Below are positions 36,158-46,700 of a stretch of 64,000 nt of DNA, in pieces. How positions within the stretch are numbered: the first letter of the stretch is position 1; each line of letters opens with the position of its first letter. The notes under the pieces were generated by a model that was not told where the DNA came from, did not search any database, and saw nothing but the letters and a program-made list of their open reading frames with translations. This DNA comes from an uncultured delta proteobacterium (GTDB lineage: Bacteria; Myxococcota; Myxococcia; Myxococcales; Myxococcaceae), in NCBI GenBank assembly GCA_963771175.1, contig CAVYSY010000039.1:288001-352000 (forward strand), read 5' to 3'. The position numbers were made by a program, and so were the translations under genes.

Positions 36158-37729
36158 TCAGCGTTGGGAGACCCCCTTCCGCCGCATGGCCTCCTTCCAC
36201 AGTTCGGGGGTCCACCCGTCGCGCGCCATGAGCTCGCGGCGCTCGGTGGGGACGTCCTTCCAGGCGAGGCCCTGGTCCAGCTCGGGCAGCGGACCGTAGA
36301 GCGTCCCGGGTTGGGTCGAAGCGACGTCCTGCGCGCGCTCACGCCGCATCCCCTGCATGCCGACGCCGACCTCCGCCTTCACCTCCCCCTCCTTGCCAAG
36401 CTTCCGCCCGAAGCCCACGCCTCCCCCATACGAGCCCTGCTTCTGGTTGACCTCGGTGTAGCTCCCGAAGCCGCCCCCCGCTGGCAGCTCCATGCGCACG
36501 CCCCCCTCTGAATCGGCGCTGATCCCCACCGTCATCGGGTCCTTCCCCTCCAGCGCGTGCGGAGCGTACTCCAGCCCCACTGTCGACTTGGGCTCTCCTG
36601 ACTCCGAGTGCTCGGCGCCAATCTTGGCGCCATTGATTACCTTCTCCGCGCCCCCCTTCGGAGCCCAGCTCGCCCGGCCGTCCTGGGTGACGAGTGCCTC
36701 CACACCGCCCTTGATGTTCATGATGTTGATGTCCATGACCGAGAGCTCGGCTTTGAGCTCCGCCGCGGCCTTGAACCAGAACGAGCCGGGCCGCATCCGA
36801 CCACTGAGATCCGCCATGCGGTGGGCCACCGCCTCGTAGGCGTCATCTCGCGTGTCATTGCCGTCCACACTGCTCCAGCTCGCACGGAAACGGTCGTAGT
36901 CCGGGTGCGGATAGACCAGACCGTCACTGACCTTGAAAGGCGCAACGGGCTCTCCCATCGCGCGGATGTCGAGCAGGCTCTTCGCCTGCATGACCTGCTC
37001 GGAGTACCGCTTCACGTAGGCGTCATGAGCGTCGTGGTAGGTTCTCTTGGCCAGCCGGTTCGACTCGTGGACGCTCTCCCGGACACTCGAGGGCAGATTC
37101 GCATCGTTCTTGTAGATGGTCGGGACATCCGGCGGCTGACACGGCGCGAACGGCGCCTTCTTCTCGGGCTCACGGGTTACGCAGCCCTTGCGCTCGGCCT
37201 GGGCCAGGAACTCCTTCCGCTGCTCCGGGCCCATCTTCTCCAGGTCCAGGTACTTCCCGAGCAGCCGGTCCCGCTCCATCCGCTCCAGCATCTGGCGGTA
37301 GTCGGCCGGCGACAGCTTCTCGAGCTGCTCGTGCACCCGACGCCTGTCCGCGTCCGTGATGGACCAGTCCTTCCAGTCCGTGTGCAGGCTGGCCTTGATG
37401 TCCGCGTAGGCCGCCTCGGTCCGGGCCGCATCCGCCATCCGTGCCCCGCCGAGCGCGAGCTGGCCCGCCGTCAGCCCTCCCCCCTCCCCCGTCCCCGCCG
37501 GTGGCGTGCCCGACGCCTGGGACCGCGAGGGCTCCACCGGTCCCCGGTAGGTCTCGACCTGGTTGTTCCCGGCTCCACTCGCCGGGGTCTCCTGCTTTCC
37601 CGAGCTCCTGCCCGTCCGCGTCGACGTGCTCGCTGCCACCTGGGAAGACGCGCCGTCGGACTCCGGGTGGGGGACCGGGAGGTCCATGGATGCCTGGGGA
37701 TGGGACTCGCGCCGCGATACCGAACTCAT
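36158..37729 (-). CDS. Hypothetical 523-aa protein: disordered Ser/Thr-rich N-terminus, helical core, Gly-rich beta C-terminus
   Basis: Long intact ORF with GGAGG RBS and GC3-rich codons; no recognisable family. Confidence 0.8.
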   Translation of the reverse strand: MSSVSRRESHPQASMDLPVPHPESDGASSQVAASTSTRTGRSSGKQETPASGAGNNQVETYRGPVEPSRSQASGTPPAGTGEGGGLTAGQLALGGARMADAARTEAAYADIKASLHTDWKDWSITDADRRRVHEQLEKLSPADYRQMLERMERDRLLGKYLDLEKMGPEQRKEFLAQAERKGCVTREPEKKAPFAPCQPPDVPTIYKNDANLPSSVRESVHESNRLAKRTYHDAHDAYVKRYSEQVMQAKSLLDIRAMGEPVAPFKVSDGLVYPHPDYDRFRASWSSVDGNDTRDDAYEAVAHRMADLSGRMRPGSFWFKAAAELKAELSVMDINIMNIKGGVEALVTQDGRASWAPKGGAEKVINGAKIGAEHSESGEPKSTVGLEYAPHALEGKDPMTVGISADSEGGVRMELPAGGGFGSYTEVNQKQGSYGGGVGFGRKLGKEGEVKAEVGVGMQGMRRERAQDVASTQPGTLYGPLPELDQGLAWKDVPTERRELMARDGWTPELWKEAMRRKGVSQR

Positions 37730-37764
37730 TTCCGCCTCCGAGAGGGTGGGTTGCGCGAGCCCTG

Positions 37765-37781
37765 TGCAACGTCGGCTCCAA
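37765..37781 (-). promoter_or_regulatory. Sigma54 -24/-12 promoter for the 523-aa gene
   Basis: TTGGAGCCGACGTTGCA (GG-N10-GC), about 35 bp upstream of the ATG. Confidence 0.6.
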
Positions 37782-38022
37782 CGCCTCTTCCCTCGGAGAA
37801 GCCGCCTCCGATGCCCGGGGATCCGTCCTCCTCCGAGGACGAACGTCTCGCCGGGCGGACATCCACGTACAGGAGGCTCCTCGTGGAGGAATCGTCCAGG
37901 GCAAGACCCTCCCCGGGAGCACGCCCCTAGACCATCTACCTCCCGGGAGTCGCACTCTGTTAGAAGATGAGTCTCGGTATCCCCGTGACCGCGAGCACGA
38001 GGCCAACCCGAGAGGGGACATC

Positions 38023-39321
38023 GTGGACGACGCCTGGATCAACTGCCCCCACTGTGGCCTCAAGCACCGGCCGAGAGCCGTGAGCCTCTGCCCCCGCTGT
38101 GGTCGGACCACGAGCACGAGCACGACCCGCGCCTCGGCCACGGCCATCCCGACCGTCCCCGCAGCCCGCCCCGCCGCCACGCTCATCCCGAGAGCCCCCA
38201 CCCCCCGCCCCGTTCCCGCCAGCATCTCGGTGCCTCCCCCTCCCGAGCTGCCCCAGGATCGCGTGCCGACCGTGGAGGTGGACTACATCACCCTCGACTC
38301 CCTGGAGGATCCCGTCCCGGTCCGGCGCGTCGTCGTCCCCTCCGACGAGCCCGAGCCCCAGACGCAGGCCGCGGCATCCAACGCGAACGTGCTCCCGCTC
38401 GCCGGCGGCATCCTGCTGGTGAACGCGGTGCTGCACCTGTTCGAGTTCCTGTTCCTCCCCTCGGTGTCGACGGAGCCCTCGCTCCGGGCGGCCCAGCTCG
38501 CGGGCACGCTCATCGGTGTGGGCATCGATTCGATGCTCGGCGTCAGCTTCCTCCGGGGAAGGAGCCACTACCGCACCTTCGCCTTCATCCGGCTGCTCGT
38601 CGGGCTGTTCCTGTTCGGAGGAATGAGCTTCTATCAGGCGCAGTACCTCTTCACGCTCGTGGTGCTCGCCTTCTCCGTCGGCGTCCTGGTGCTGGTATGG
38701 ACCCGGCCTTCAGCCTTCATGGCCGGCGTCGCCCTGACGTCCGTGATCCTCGGCGTGGGCGTCGAGGTCATCGGGTTCGTCCGGCTCTCCGCCACCCAAC
38801 CCCTGCTGGAGCGGGCGCGGATCGCACTGCGGCCCGATCTCGAGGGAACCCCGCTCCGCGACGCTGACACCATCGTCGGCGACCGGCGATCCTACAAGCT
38901 GCACGTCCCCTCCGAGGGCTGGTACCGCCGCAAGGTGGAATCCGTCCGCGGCGCGGATTCCAGCATCGACATGTGGCTGTCCCAGCCCGATCTGAACGGG
39001 CACCTCGTGGTGTCCATCCGGAGCTGGGCGGAGTCGAAAGCGACGACCCTGCGCGAGGCCCGGGACGGCGCGCTCCAGAGCATGAAGGCGCAGTACCCCG
39101 GCTTCCTCGTGGCCGACACCTCCGACGACGGCATCGGCCCCAGGGCACCCACCGTGGCCTCCCTCTCGGGGAGCGCGGACAAGGACGGCAAGCCGTACCG
39201 CTTCGAGGTGTCGATCTACCGGGTGGGCGGCACGCTCCTGCAGGTGACGGCCTTCGCCCCCTCGAAGACCTTCGACACGCTCAACCTGCACGGAGCGACC
39301 ACGGCGTTCCAGCCGGAGTAG
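38023..39321 (+). CDS. Membrane protein: N-terminal zinc ribbon, Pro-rich linker, about 5 TM helices, extracytoplasmic C-terminal domain
   Basis: CPHC...CPRC; hydrophobic segments; GAGGGG RBS before GTG. Confidence 0.75.
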   Translation: MDDAWINCPHCGLKHRPRAVSLCPRCGRTTSTSTTRASATAIPTVPAARPAATLIPRAPTPRPVPASISVPPPPELPQDRVPTVEVDYITLDSLEDPVPVRRVVVPSDEPEPQTQAAASNANVLPLAGGILLVNAVLHLFEFLFLPSVSTEPSLRAAQLAGTLIGVGIDSMLGVSFLRGRSHYRTFAFIRLLVGLFLFGGMSFYQAQYLFTLVVLAFSVGVLVLVWTRPSAFMAGVALTSVILGVGVEVIGFVRLSATQPLLERARIALRPDLEGTPLRDADTIVGDRRSYKLHVPSEGWYRRKVESVRGADSSIDMWLSQPDLNGHLVVSIRSWAESKATTLREARDGALQSMKAQYPGFLVADTSDDGIGPRAPTVASLSGSADKDGKPYRFEVSIYRVGGTLLQVTAFAPSKTFDTLNLHGATTAFQPE

Positions 39322-39327
39322 CGCGGC

Positions 39328-39924
39328 TCAGAACGTGTACTTCACCCGCGGGAAGAAGGCGAAGGTCGGGATGCTCGGCCCGATGATGTAGCGGGCCATG
39401 AGGTCCGCCCCCACCGAGAAGTGATCCATCGGCGTCGCGTACTCCAGGCCGATGCCCACCCCCGCGTTGGGCGCCGTCATCGACATGCCCGGATCGCCCT
39501 CGCCCACCGGGGCCGGATCCAACCGCGTGAGGCCCGCCGCCACCTTCGGCATCAGGTAGAAGCGCTCGGCCAGCGGCACCATGTACGCCGCCGTCACGTC
39601 CCCGAAGGCCACCGTGAAGTTGTCGGACATGCTGCACACGTTCGTACCCGGCAGGTACCCGGCGAAGCAGTTCGCCGCCGAGGAGCCCAGTCCGAAATGG
39701 ACGCCCAGGGAGACCTTGTCCGTCAGGTCGTATCCCACGCCGAGCTGCAGGTACGTCTGCGCGTTCGAGTAGACGCTCTCCCCGCCCAGGGTGAAGAACG
39801 CCCCGATGTCGGCCTCGGTGAAGAAGCCGCGGCGGACCTCCAGCGGGACACCTTCTGGAGGTGTGGCCGCCAGGGCGGCGGTGGGCAGCGACGCGAGCAC
39901 GGCGACCAGCAGCGGCTTCTTCAT
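39328..39924 (-). CDS. nfsH: CglE/GltH-like outer-membrane beta-barrel (NfsH)
   Basis: Signal peptide; VRRGFFTEADIG; terminal KYTF beta-signal; last gene of the A-H operon. Confidence 0.75.
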   Translation of the reverse strand: MKKPLLVAVLASLPTAALAATPPEGVPLEVRRGFFTEADIGAFFTLGGESVYSNAQTYLQLGVGYDLTDKVSLGVHFGLGSSAANCFAGYLPGTNVCSMSDNFTVAFGDVTAAYMVPLAERFYLMPKVAAGLTRLDPAPVGEGDPGMSMTAPNAGVGIGLEYATPMDHFSVGADLMARYIIGPSIPTFAFFPRVKYTF

Positions 39925-39932
39925 CGGGACGA

Positions 39933-39967
39933 CCCTCACCCTGCCCCCCTCTCTCGAGAGAGAGGGG
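39933..39967. repeat. REP-like palindrome between nfsG and nfsH
   Basis: CCCTCACCCTG-CCCCCTCTCTCGAGAGAGAGGGG, inverted relative to the 36084 copy. Confidence 0.55.
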
Positions 39968-40000
39968 CTCTGCACGTTGAAGCTTCAGAGACGCGAGCGA

Positions 40001-41836
40001 CTACTCACCCGCCGGAGAGAAGAGCCACGGATACGTCACCGCCACCACACCGCCCCCCTTGGGCTCGGGGAACTTCCAGCGGCGGATGCGCGCGAGCATG
40101 CAGTTCTCCGCCGTGGAGTTGTTCAGCGTGGTCTCCGTCACGTTCGCCTCCGACACCGCTCCCGTCGGATCAATCGTGAAGGCCACCGCCACCTTGCCCG
40201 CGAGGTTCGGGTTCTTGTTCAGCTCGGTCTCGTAGCAGTATTTGATCTCGTTCTGGTGGCTGCGGATGATCTTGGCGATCACGTCCTTGTCGAGGCCGCC
40301 GATCACCGTCGTCTTGCCGGGGACGATCTTCGTGATCGTCTTGCCGCGGCCCGTCAGGTCGATGCCGCCGTTATCACCCGCGCCCCGGCCATTGCCCTTG
40401 GTGCCGAGACCCCCCAGGCCCAGCGCGGTACCGCCACCCCCGGTGCCGTTGCCACGCGAGCCGAGTCCGCCCACGCCCTGCGCATCCCCGAGCCCCGCGC
40501 CGGCCTTGAGGCCACCCAGCGCGTTGTTGACGCCCGTGCCGACGCCACCCGGACCGAAGACGTCCGAGGCCCCGCCCTTCAGTCCCTTGAAGGCACCGAG
40601 GAGACCCACCCTCCCCACCACCTGGCGGTCCTTCTCGCGCTTGGACTTGTCGACGACGGAAGTGCCCGGCTTGGAGGGATCGGCCTCGGCCTTCTTGGCC
40701 TCCTCCTTGCCGAACTTGCCCTCCTCGTCCTTGGCCTTCGCGCCTTCCTCCACGCCCTTCAGGTGGAAGCGCTTCAGGTCGATGGGCTTCTGCGGCTGCA
40801 CCAGGAACTTCGCCACCCGCTGCTGGTTCTGGAAGATGTCATCCTCGGACTGCGCCTGGCGCGGAGTGAGCAGCATGGAAGCCACCACCGCACCCGCCGC
40901 CAGCAGGCTGACGCTGATGATCTTGAACCAGGTGTAGTCCACCTCGGTGAGCGGGTTCACCGCCACGGCTGGCGACGGCCGCACGTAGCGCACCACGAAC
41001 GTGAGCGTCCCGAGCGACACCTCCGCCCGCTCGTGCAGGCCGAGCGTGTACGCGTGCTCCCGGCCCGAGGCCGTCAGCTTCCCCTCCGAGCGCAGCGCGT
41101 CCTTCGTCCGCACATCCCCGTTGCGGGTGACGATGACGCCCGCGCTCTCGGGGACGCGCAGCTCGATCAGCTCGCCGCGCCCCACCGCCAGCACGTGACT
41201 CGCCCCCACCTCGGACTCGAAGACGTGGAAGAAGTTCTTCTTCCCCTCTCCGACGGTGACCGGCACCCCGTCCCGGAAATGCCGCACCGCCAGCAGTTGG
41301 TCGCCCCAGAGCAACTGCACCTGGAGGACCTTCGCCTCCTTCGTGGGCAGCGCCTCGGGAGGCAGCGGCTCCTGCATGTACGCCGGAACCGCCGGCCGCG
41401 GCTTCCTCCTCGCCTGAGGCACCACGCGGTTGCCCGCCACCGTCACGGGCCGGTGCAGCACCGAGCCCTGTAGCGCCGCCCCGTTCACCTCCGCACCCGC
41501 GGGCGGTGGAGGCACTTCCGACTCTCCGAAGAACACCTCCACCCGCGAGCCACCCACCATCAGCACGTCACCCGGCGCGAGCGTCCGCGGGCCCACCACC
41601 CGCTGCCCACCCACCTGCGTGCCACTCTCGCTGCCCAGGTCGATGGCCGTCACCGAGCCGCTGGACTCCACCTTCAACATCACATGAAGGTTGGAGACCC
41701 TCGGGTCCGGAATCTTCACCGCCGCCTGTGCGCCCGACCCCACGATGACGCTCTCGGCTTCGGACACGGACTCCTGCACAGTGCCGTCCGGCCCGGTGAT
41801 CCGCAGCGTCAACCCGTTCTTCTTCCCCGCCGCCAT
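40001..41836 (-). CDS. nfsG: GltG-like FHA-TM-TonB C-terminal protein (NfsG)
   Basis: FHA (VGSG...VSNLH...DLGSESGT), single TM, Gly-rich linker, IKYCYE...WKFPEPKGGGVVAVTYP. Confidence 0.82.
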   Translation of the reverse strand: MAAGKKNGLTLRITGPDGTVQESVSEAESVIVGSGAQAAVKIPDPRVSNLHVMLKVESSGSVTAIDLGSESGTQVGGQRVVGPRTLAPGDVLMVGGSRVEVFFGESEVPPPPAGAEVNGAALQGSVLHRPVTVAGNRVVPQARRKPRPAVPAYMQEPLPPEALPTKEAKVLQVQLLWGDQLLAVRHFRDGVPVTVGEGKKNFFHVFESEVGASHVLAVGRGELIELRVPESAGVIVTRNGDVRTKDALRSEGKLTASGREHAYTLGLHERAEVSLGTLTFVVRYVRPSPAVAVNPLTEVDYTWFKIISVSLLAAGAVVASMLLTPRQAQSEDDIFQNQQRVAKFLVQPQKPIDLKRFHLKGVEEGAKAKDEEGKFGKEEAKKAEADPSKPGTSVVDKSKREKDRQVVGRVGLLGAFKGLKGGASDVFGPGGVGTGVNNALGGLKAGAGLGDAQGVGGLGSRGNGTGGGGTALGLGGLGTKGNGRGAGDNGGIDLTGRGKTITKIVPGKTTVIGGLDKDVIAKIIRSHQNEIKYCYETELNKNPNLAGKVAVAFTIDPTGAVSEANVTETTLNNSTAENCMLARIRRWKFPEPKGGGVVAVTYPWLFSPAGE

Positions 41837-41877
41837 AGAGGATCCTTCCTCCTCCCTTCCGTCCCACGCCCACCCGC

Positions 41878-42156
41878 TTAGAGGTTGTCGACCGACTTCT
41901 GCAGCTCGGGATTGAAGTTGTCGCGGACCCGGATGAGGCTCTGGAAGTCCGTCTTCTTCCGGTTGAGGACGTACGAGCCTTCCGGCTTCGTGAGCTCGCC
42001 CTCCACCGCCATGTCGGTGAAGTCGATGTTCGTCTTCTTCCGGACGACGACGCGGTCCTCCTCCTGGATGACCTTCACCTCCGTCTTCGTCTCCTCGGCG
42101 ACCGCCGGCCCCGCCCACAACGCCACCACCGCCACTGCCGCTGCCAGTCGTCTCAT
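41878..42156 (-). CDS. nfsF: CglF/GltF-like small secreted protein (NfsF)
   Basis: Signal peptide; KKTNIDF..VEGELTKPEG...LIRVRDNFNPEL. Confidence 0.8.
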   Translation of the reverse strand: MRRLAAAVAVVALWAGPAVAEETKTEVKVIQEEDRVVVRKKTNIDFTDMAVEGELTKPEGSYVLNRKKTDFQSLIRVRDNFNPELQKSVDNL

Positions 42157-42220
42157 GTCAGGCCTCCTCTTCCCGTCGGGTGAGACAGCGGGCCTCAGGT
42201 GAGGTTTCCCCCAGCTCCCT

Positions 42221-42237
42221 TGCACGCCCTGCACCAA
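42221..42237 (-). promoter_or_regulatory. Internal sigma54 -24/-12 promoter upstream of nfsF
   Basis: TTGGTGCAGGGCGTGCA (GG-N10-GC) in the 183-bp nfsE-nfsF gap. Confidence 0.55.
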
Positions 42238-42339
42238 CGTCCCGGGTAATGGAATCCCGCGAAATCCCAAGGGTGCTCTCGCGTCACCAGCACCCGAGGC
42301 CCCAGAGAGAGGAAAAATCTTCCCTCCGCGGCCAGTAGC

Positions 42340-43736
42340 TTATTCGGTGCGCGGGGCTCCAGACGGAGGCTCGGCCGCAGGCCCGCTCTCAACTTTCGAG
42401 GAGTCCGCGGGCACGCCCTCCTGCTGCGCCGCCTCGTCGGACACCTTCTCCAGCATCGAGCCACTGCCGCCCACGCCGGTCGGCGCCTTCTTCTCCTCGG
42501 GCGCGGCCTCGGGCTGGGCCTGCGCGTTCTTGCGCATGGCCTCGAGGCCCTGGAGCTTCGCTTCGATCATCTGCTTGTCCTGCGCGCTCGTGGTGCCCAG
42601 GTCCTTGCAGCGCTGGAGGAAGCCCACGGCCTTGTCCCAGCCGGTGCGCTCGATGGCATAGGCCCAGCCCGCGCCACAGAGGGCCTCGGGCTGCTCCGCG
42701 CGCATCGTGAGCACCTTCTCGAAGGCCTCGCCCGCCTTGAGCCCCTTCTGGGGATCGCGGCCCTTCTGCCCGTCCAGCGCATAGGCGTAGTAGAGCCACG
42801 AGTCGGGCGAGCCGGGCTCCAGCTCCACGGCCTTGGCGAAGGAGCGCTCGGCGCCGGCGTAGTCGCGCCAGGCCAGCGCCATGGCCCCGAGGTTGAGGTA
42901 GCCGGGGGCGAAGCGCTCGTCGAGCGAGACAGCCTTCTGGAACTGGGCGATCGCGCGGTCGCGCTCCTCCAGCTTCAGGTAGATCATCCCCAGGTTGTTG
43001 TAGATGCCCGGGTCCTTCTCATCGAGCTTGCGCGCGTTGGCGAGCACCAGCTCGGCGAGCCGGTACTTCCCCTGGTCGTAGTAGACGAGCGCGAGGTTCT
43101 TGTACGCCGCGGCATCGTCCGGGTGGCGCGCGAGCACGCGGCGAGCGGTGGCCTCGGCCCGCTCGTGCTTGCCCGCCAGCCGGTAGGCCACGGTGAGGTT
43201 GTTGAGCAGCGAGGCCTCGTGCTCGCGGCCCGGCGCCTTCAGCCCGGCCTCGTAGAGAGCGATGGCCTCCGCGTACTTCTCCTGCACACGGTAGAGCCGG
43301 CCCAGGTTGAGCAGCGTGGGCACATGCCCCGGATCGAGGGAGCGCACCTTCTCGTAGGCGGCCTGCGCGTCCGTGGGTCGTCCCTGACGCTCGGCGATGA
43401 CGCCCAGGTTGAACTGGGCATTGAGGCTCCGCGGTGCCTTCTCCACCACCTTCCGGAAGCCCTCCTCCGCCTTGGCGTAGTCGCTGGCCTCGAAGGCGAC
43501 GACGGCCTGGGCGAAGAGTTCCCGCGTGGCCGGCTCCTTCGGCGACTCGGGAGCGGGCTGGGGAGCCGGAACCGGAGCGGATGCGCCGCGACCGGGGCCT
43601 CGGCGGCCGCGGGCTTCACCTGCGAGGTCGTGGCGCACGCGGCGGTGAGCGACAGCGAGGCGGTGGCGAGAGTGCGACGGAACGCCATGAACGTCCTTCT
43701 CGCGGAAGCCATCGGGTGCATGTGTGAGACCTTCAC
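42340..43736 (-). CDS. nfsE: GltE/AglT-like TPR lipoprotein (NfsE; apparent frameshift near 43585)
   Basis: Lipobox LTAAC; multiple TPRs (AQFNLG, LLNNL, YNNLG); GTGA overlap with nfsD stop (alternative ATG 43688). Confidence 0.75.
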
Positions 43737-46700
43737 GGCAGGACCTCCCCCGAAGCAGTGGGCGGAGTGGGCGCGGCGCTGCCAGCGGGCGGCACGGCCT
43801 TGGGTGCGGGCTCCGGGGCGGCGGGAGCAGCGGGTGCGGCGGGCTCCGGAGTGACATCGGCCTGGCCGGACGCCCCGAGGTCCGAGTCCTTGGCCACGTC
43901 CGCGGTGACGAAGAACTCGCTGCCGCGATAGGGCACCTGGCGCACCTGCGCGTAGACACCGGGGCGGTAGCGGTTCACCTGCTCCTGCGCGGCCAGCGTC
44001 CACTCGTTGTAGAGCGACAGCTCGTAGGCCTTGCCCAGCGCCTTCTCGAGCACCTCGGTGGACTTGTCCTCCAGCGGGAGCGCGAGGTTCTCCAGCTCGC
44101 CGCGGTACATGGCGAGCTGCTCCTCGTCGAGCCCGGACGGATCCGGCGACTCGAGGATGTTGCGCGCGAAGTCCGCGTAGGCGAGGCCGATGCGGGTGAT
44201 GGCGGCGATGCCCCACTCTCCCGAGCCGGTGGCCGCCACATCCGTGTAGGCCTTCTCCAACCGCTGGATGGACTGCTGCTTGGCGGCGAGGTCGCGCCGG
44301 ATGGTGGAGACACGCTTGAACTTGATGTCCACGTAGCGCTGCCAGTCGGGCTCCAGAGCGAGGAAGCGCGCGTGGCCGTAGGCGTTGAGCAGCTCCGGCC
44401 GCTGCCGCTCCTGCGCGGGCAGCCGGGACCAGCCGCGGACGAGCTCTCCCTGGACGCGCTCGGCCTCGCGCGTGTTCTTCACCTTCCGGTACGCGAGGAG
44501 CTGCCGGTAGCGAGCGAGGTACACCTGCCCGCCCGCGGTGCGCGAGTCGCGCCCGTACGTCTCGACGAAGGAGTCGAAGGCACGCGCCGCCTCGGCCCAC
44601 TTGCCGTCCTTCTCGTGGACGAGTCCGAGGTTGTAGGCAATGCGCGGCACATCCGGCCGATCCTTGAAGCGCGCCATGTACGCGCGGTAGGCGGTGAGGG
44701 CCTTGTCGGACTCGCCCACGCCCTCCCACCAGAGGCCGGCGTTGAAGAGGGCATCCGGTACCCACGCGGAGGCCTCGGCGAGCAGCTCGCGGCGCTCCTC
44801 GTCCTTCTGGGCCCGGGCCTCGTCGGCGCTCGGCGCATCACCGGACAGGGACTCCTTGGCGTCCTTGCCCTTCTTGGGTGCCGCCTTGGCCTTCTTCGCC
44901 TTGCGAGCATCGACCGAGCGCATGGCGGCGTCATGGGCGTCCACGAAGGCGGCGTACATGGCGGCGGCCTTGCGGAACTCCGCGAGCTTCTCGTAGAGGC
45001 GCGCGAGCGTGTAGCGAACCTTGGGCTCGAAGACGCTGCCCGCGTAGTCGGTAAGGACGCGCACGCCGGCGTCCGCGCCCCGGTCGAGCTGCCCGGCCTC
45101 CTGGAAGATGACCATGGCCGACGTCAGCGCCCGGTCCGCGTTCTCCGACCTGGGGAACTCCTTGACGTACTCGAGGAACAGCTCGGCCGCCTTCGCCGGG
45201 TTCTTCTCCTTCTGGTAGACGACCTCGTGGATCCACTTGTACTGCGAGCCTTCCACGACCCGGGCCACGCGCGCGGCGAACTCGGGGCTGGGCTTGAGCA
45301 GCTTCTCGTTGGCGAGGAACTTCCGGGAGAGCTGGTTGAGCTCCAGCCACTCCTCGCGCGACTCGAGCACGTACATCGTCAGGTCCGCCGCGTCACGCGA
45401 GCGCCGCTCCGCGGGGAACTTGTTGATGATCTCCCCGAAGCGACGAGCGGCCTCCAGGTAGTGGTGCCGATCGTAGACGATGAGTGCCGACTGGTAGCGC
45501 AGGTCGATCTCGTCCGGGTTGTCCGGATAGAGCGTGTTGTACGTGTCGCACGCGGCCACCAGCCGCTCCTCGAAGCGAGTGAGCGGCTCCTCGGCCTGAT
45601 CCGTGTCCTTCTTGGTGAGGCGGCCCTTCTTCTCGACGTGACCCTTGGACTTGTTCTCGTCGACCTTCTGACCATCCTTGAGATCGCTCTTGGAGAGCTG
45701 GCCGCGCTCGATCTTCACCAGCTTGTCGTAGGCCATGATGGCCGCGAAGGACGCGTTCTTGCGGTACGCCTCGTTGGACACCTCGCGGGCCGAGTCGCGA
45801 TCCGGAATCTTGAAGGCCACCACGGTGTCGTACTCGGCGGCGGCGGCCTCCCACTCCTCCAGGGCCCAGAGGATTTCCGCGTAGAAGAACCGCATGTTGA
45901 AGGCGGCGTCGGCGACGAACTCGGGGTCATCGCTGGAGGCGAAGGCGTCCACGTACTGTTTGTAGATGTCGCGGGCGAGCTTGTACGTCTCCACCTGGCG
46001 CGTCTTCTGCGCCTCCTGGTGGTAGTCCGTCACCATCACGCGCATGGCCTCCTCGGTGACGCTGAAGGCGTTGCGCAGCACGGCCTTGTTGTCGCCGTTG
46101 GCCCGCCACCACGCGGCGCCGGGCCGGTACAGCTCGACCATGCGCTTCATCTCCGTGCGCACCTGGTTGCGCTGACGCAGGCCCTCGTAGCAGCGGACGA
46201 TGGACTGCTGATACTCGGGCGCGCTGGGACCCATCGGAGCGTCGTTGATGAGGACGCGGTACGTCTTGATGGCGCTGTCGAAATGGCCCGCCTCCACCAG
46301 GCCGCCGGCCATCTTGGAGATCAGCCGCGTCTGCCGCTTCTGGGGAGCCTTCTTCTTGAAGTAGACGATGCCCTCCGCCGGCTTGTCGAGCTGCACGTAG
46401 AAGAGTGTCAGGTCGTTGAGCGCCTCCGTCTTGAGGTCACCCAGCTCCTCCCCGCGAGCCTCGGCGTAGTCCACCACCTCCTGCAGCTTCGCGAGGCCCT
46501 CCTCGTAGGCGCCCCCGTTGAAGTCACACCACGCCAGCTTGTAGACGGCGTAGGCGTACACCTTGGGTACCTTCGACACGCGCGCCTTCTCGTAGTAGTC
46601 GCGCGCCTCCTTCAGCTTGTTGTTGTCGAAGTAGTGGTTGCCGAGCTGGACGTACGTGTCCGGGACGAACTGCGACTGCGGGAACTCCTGGATGAGCTGC

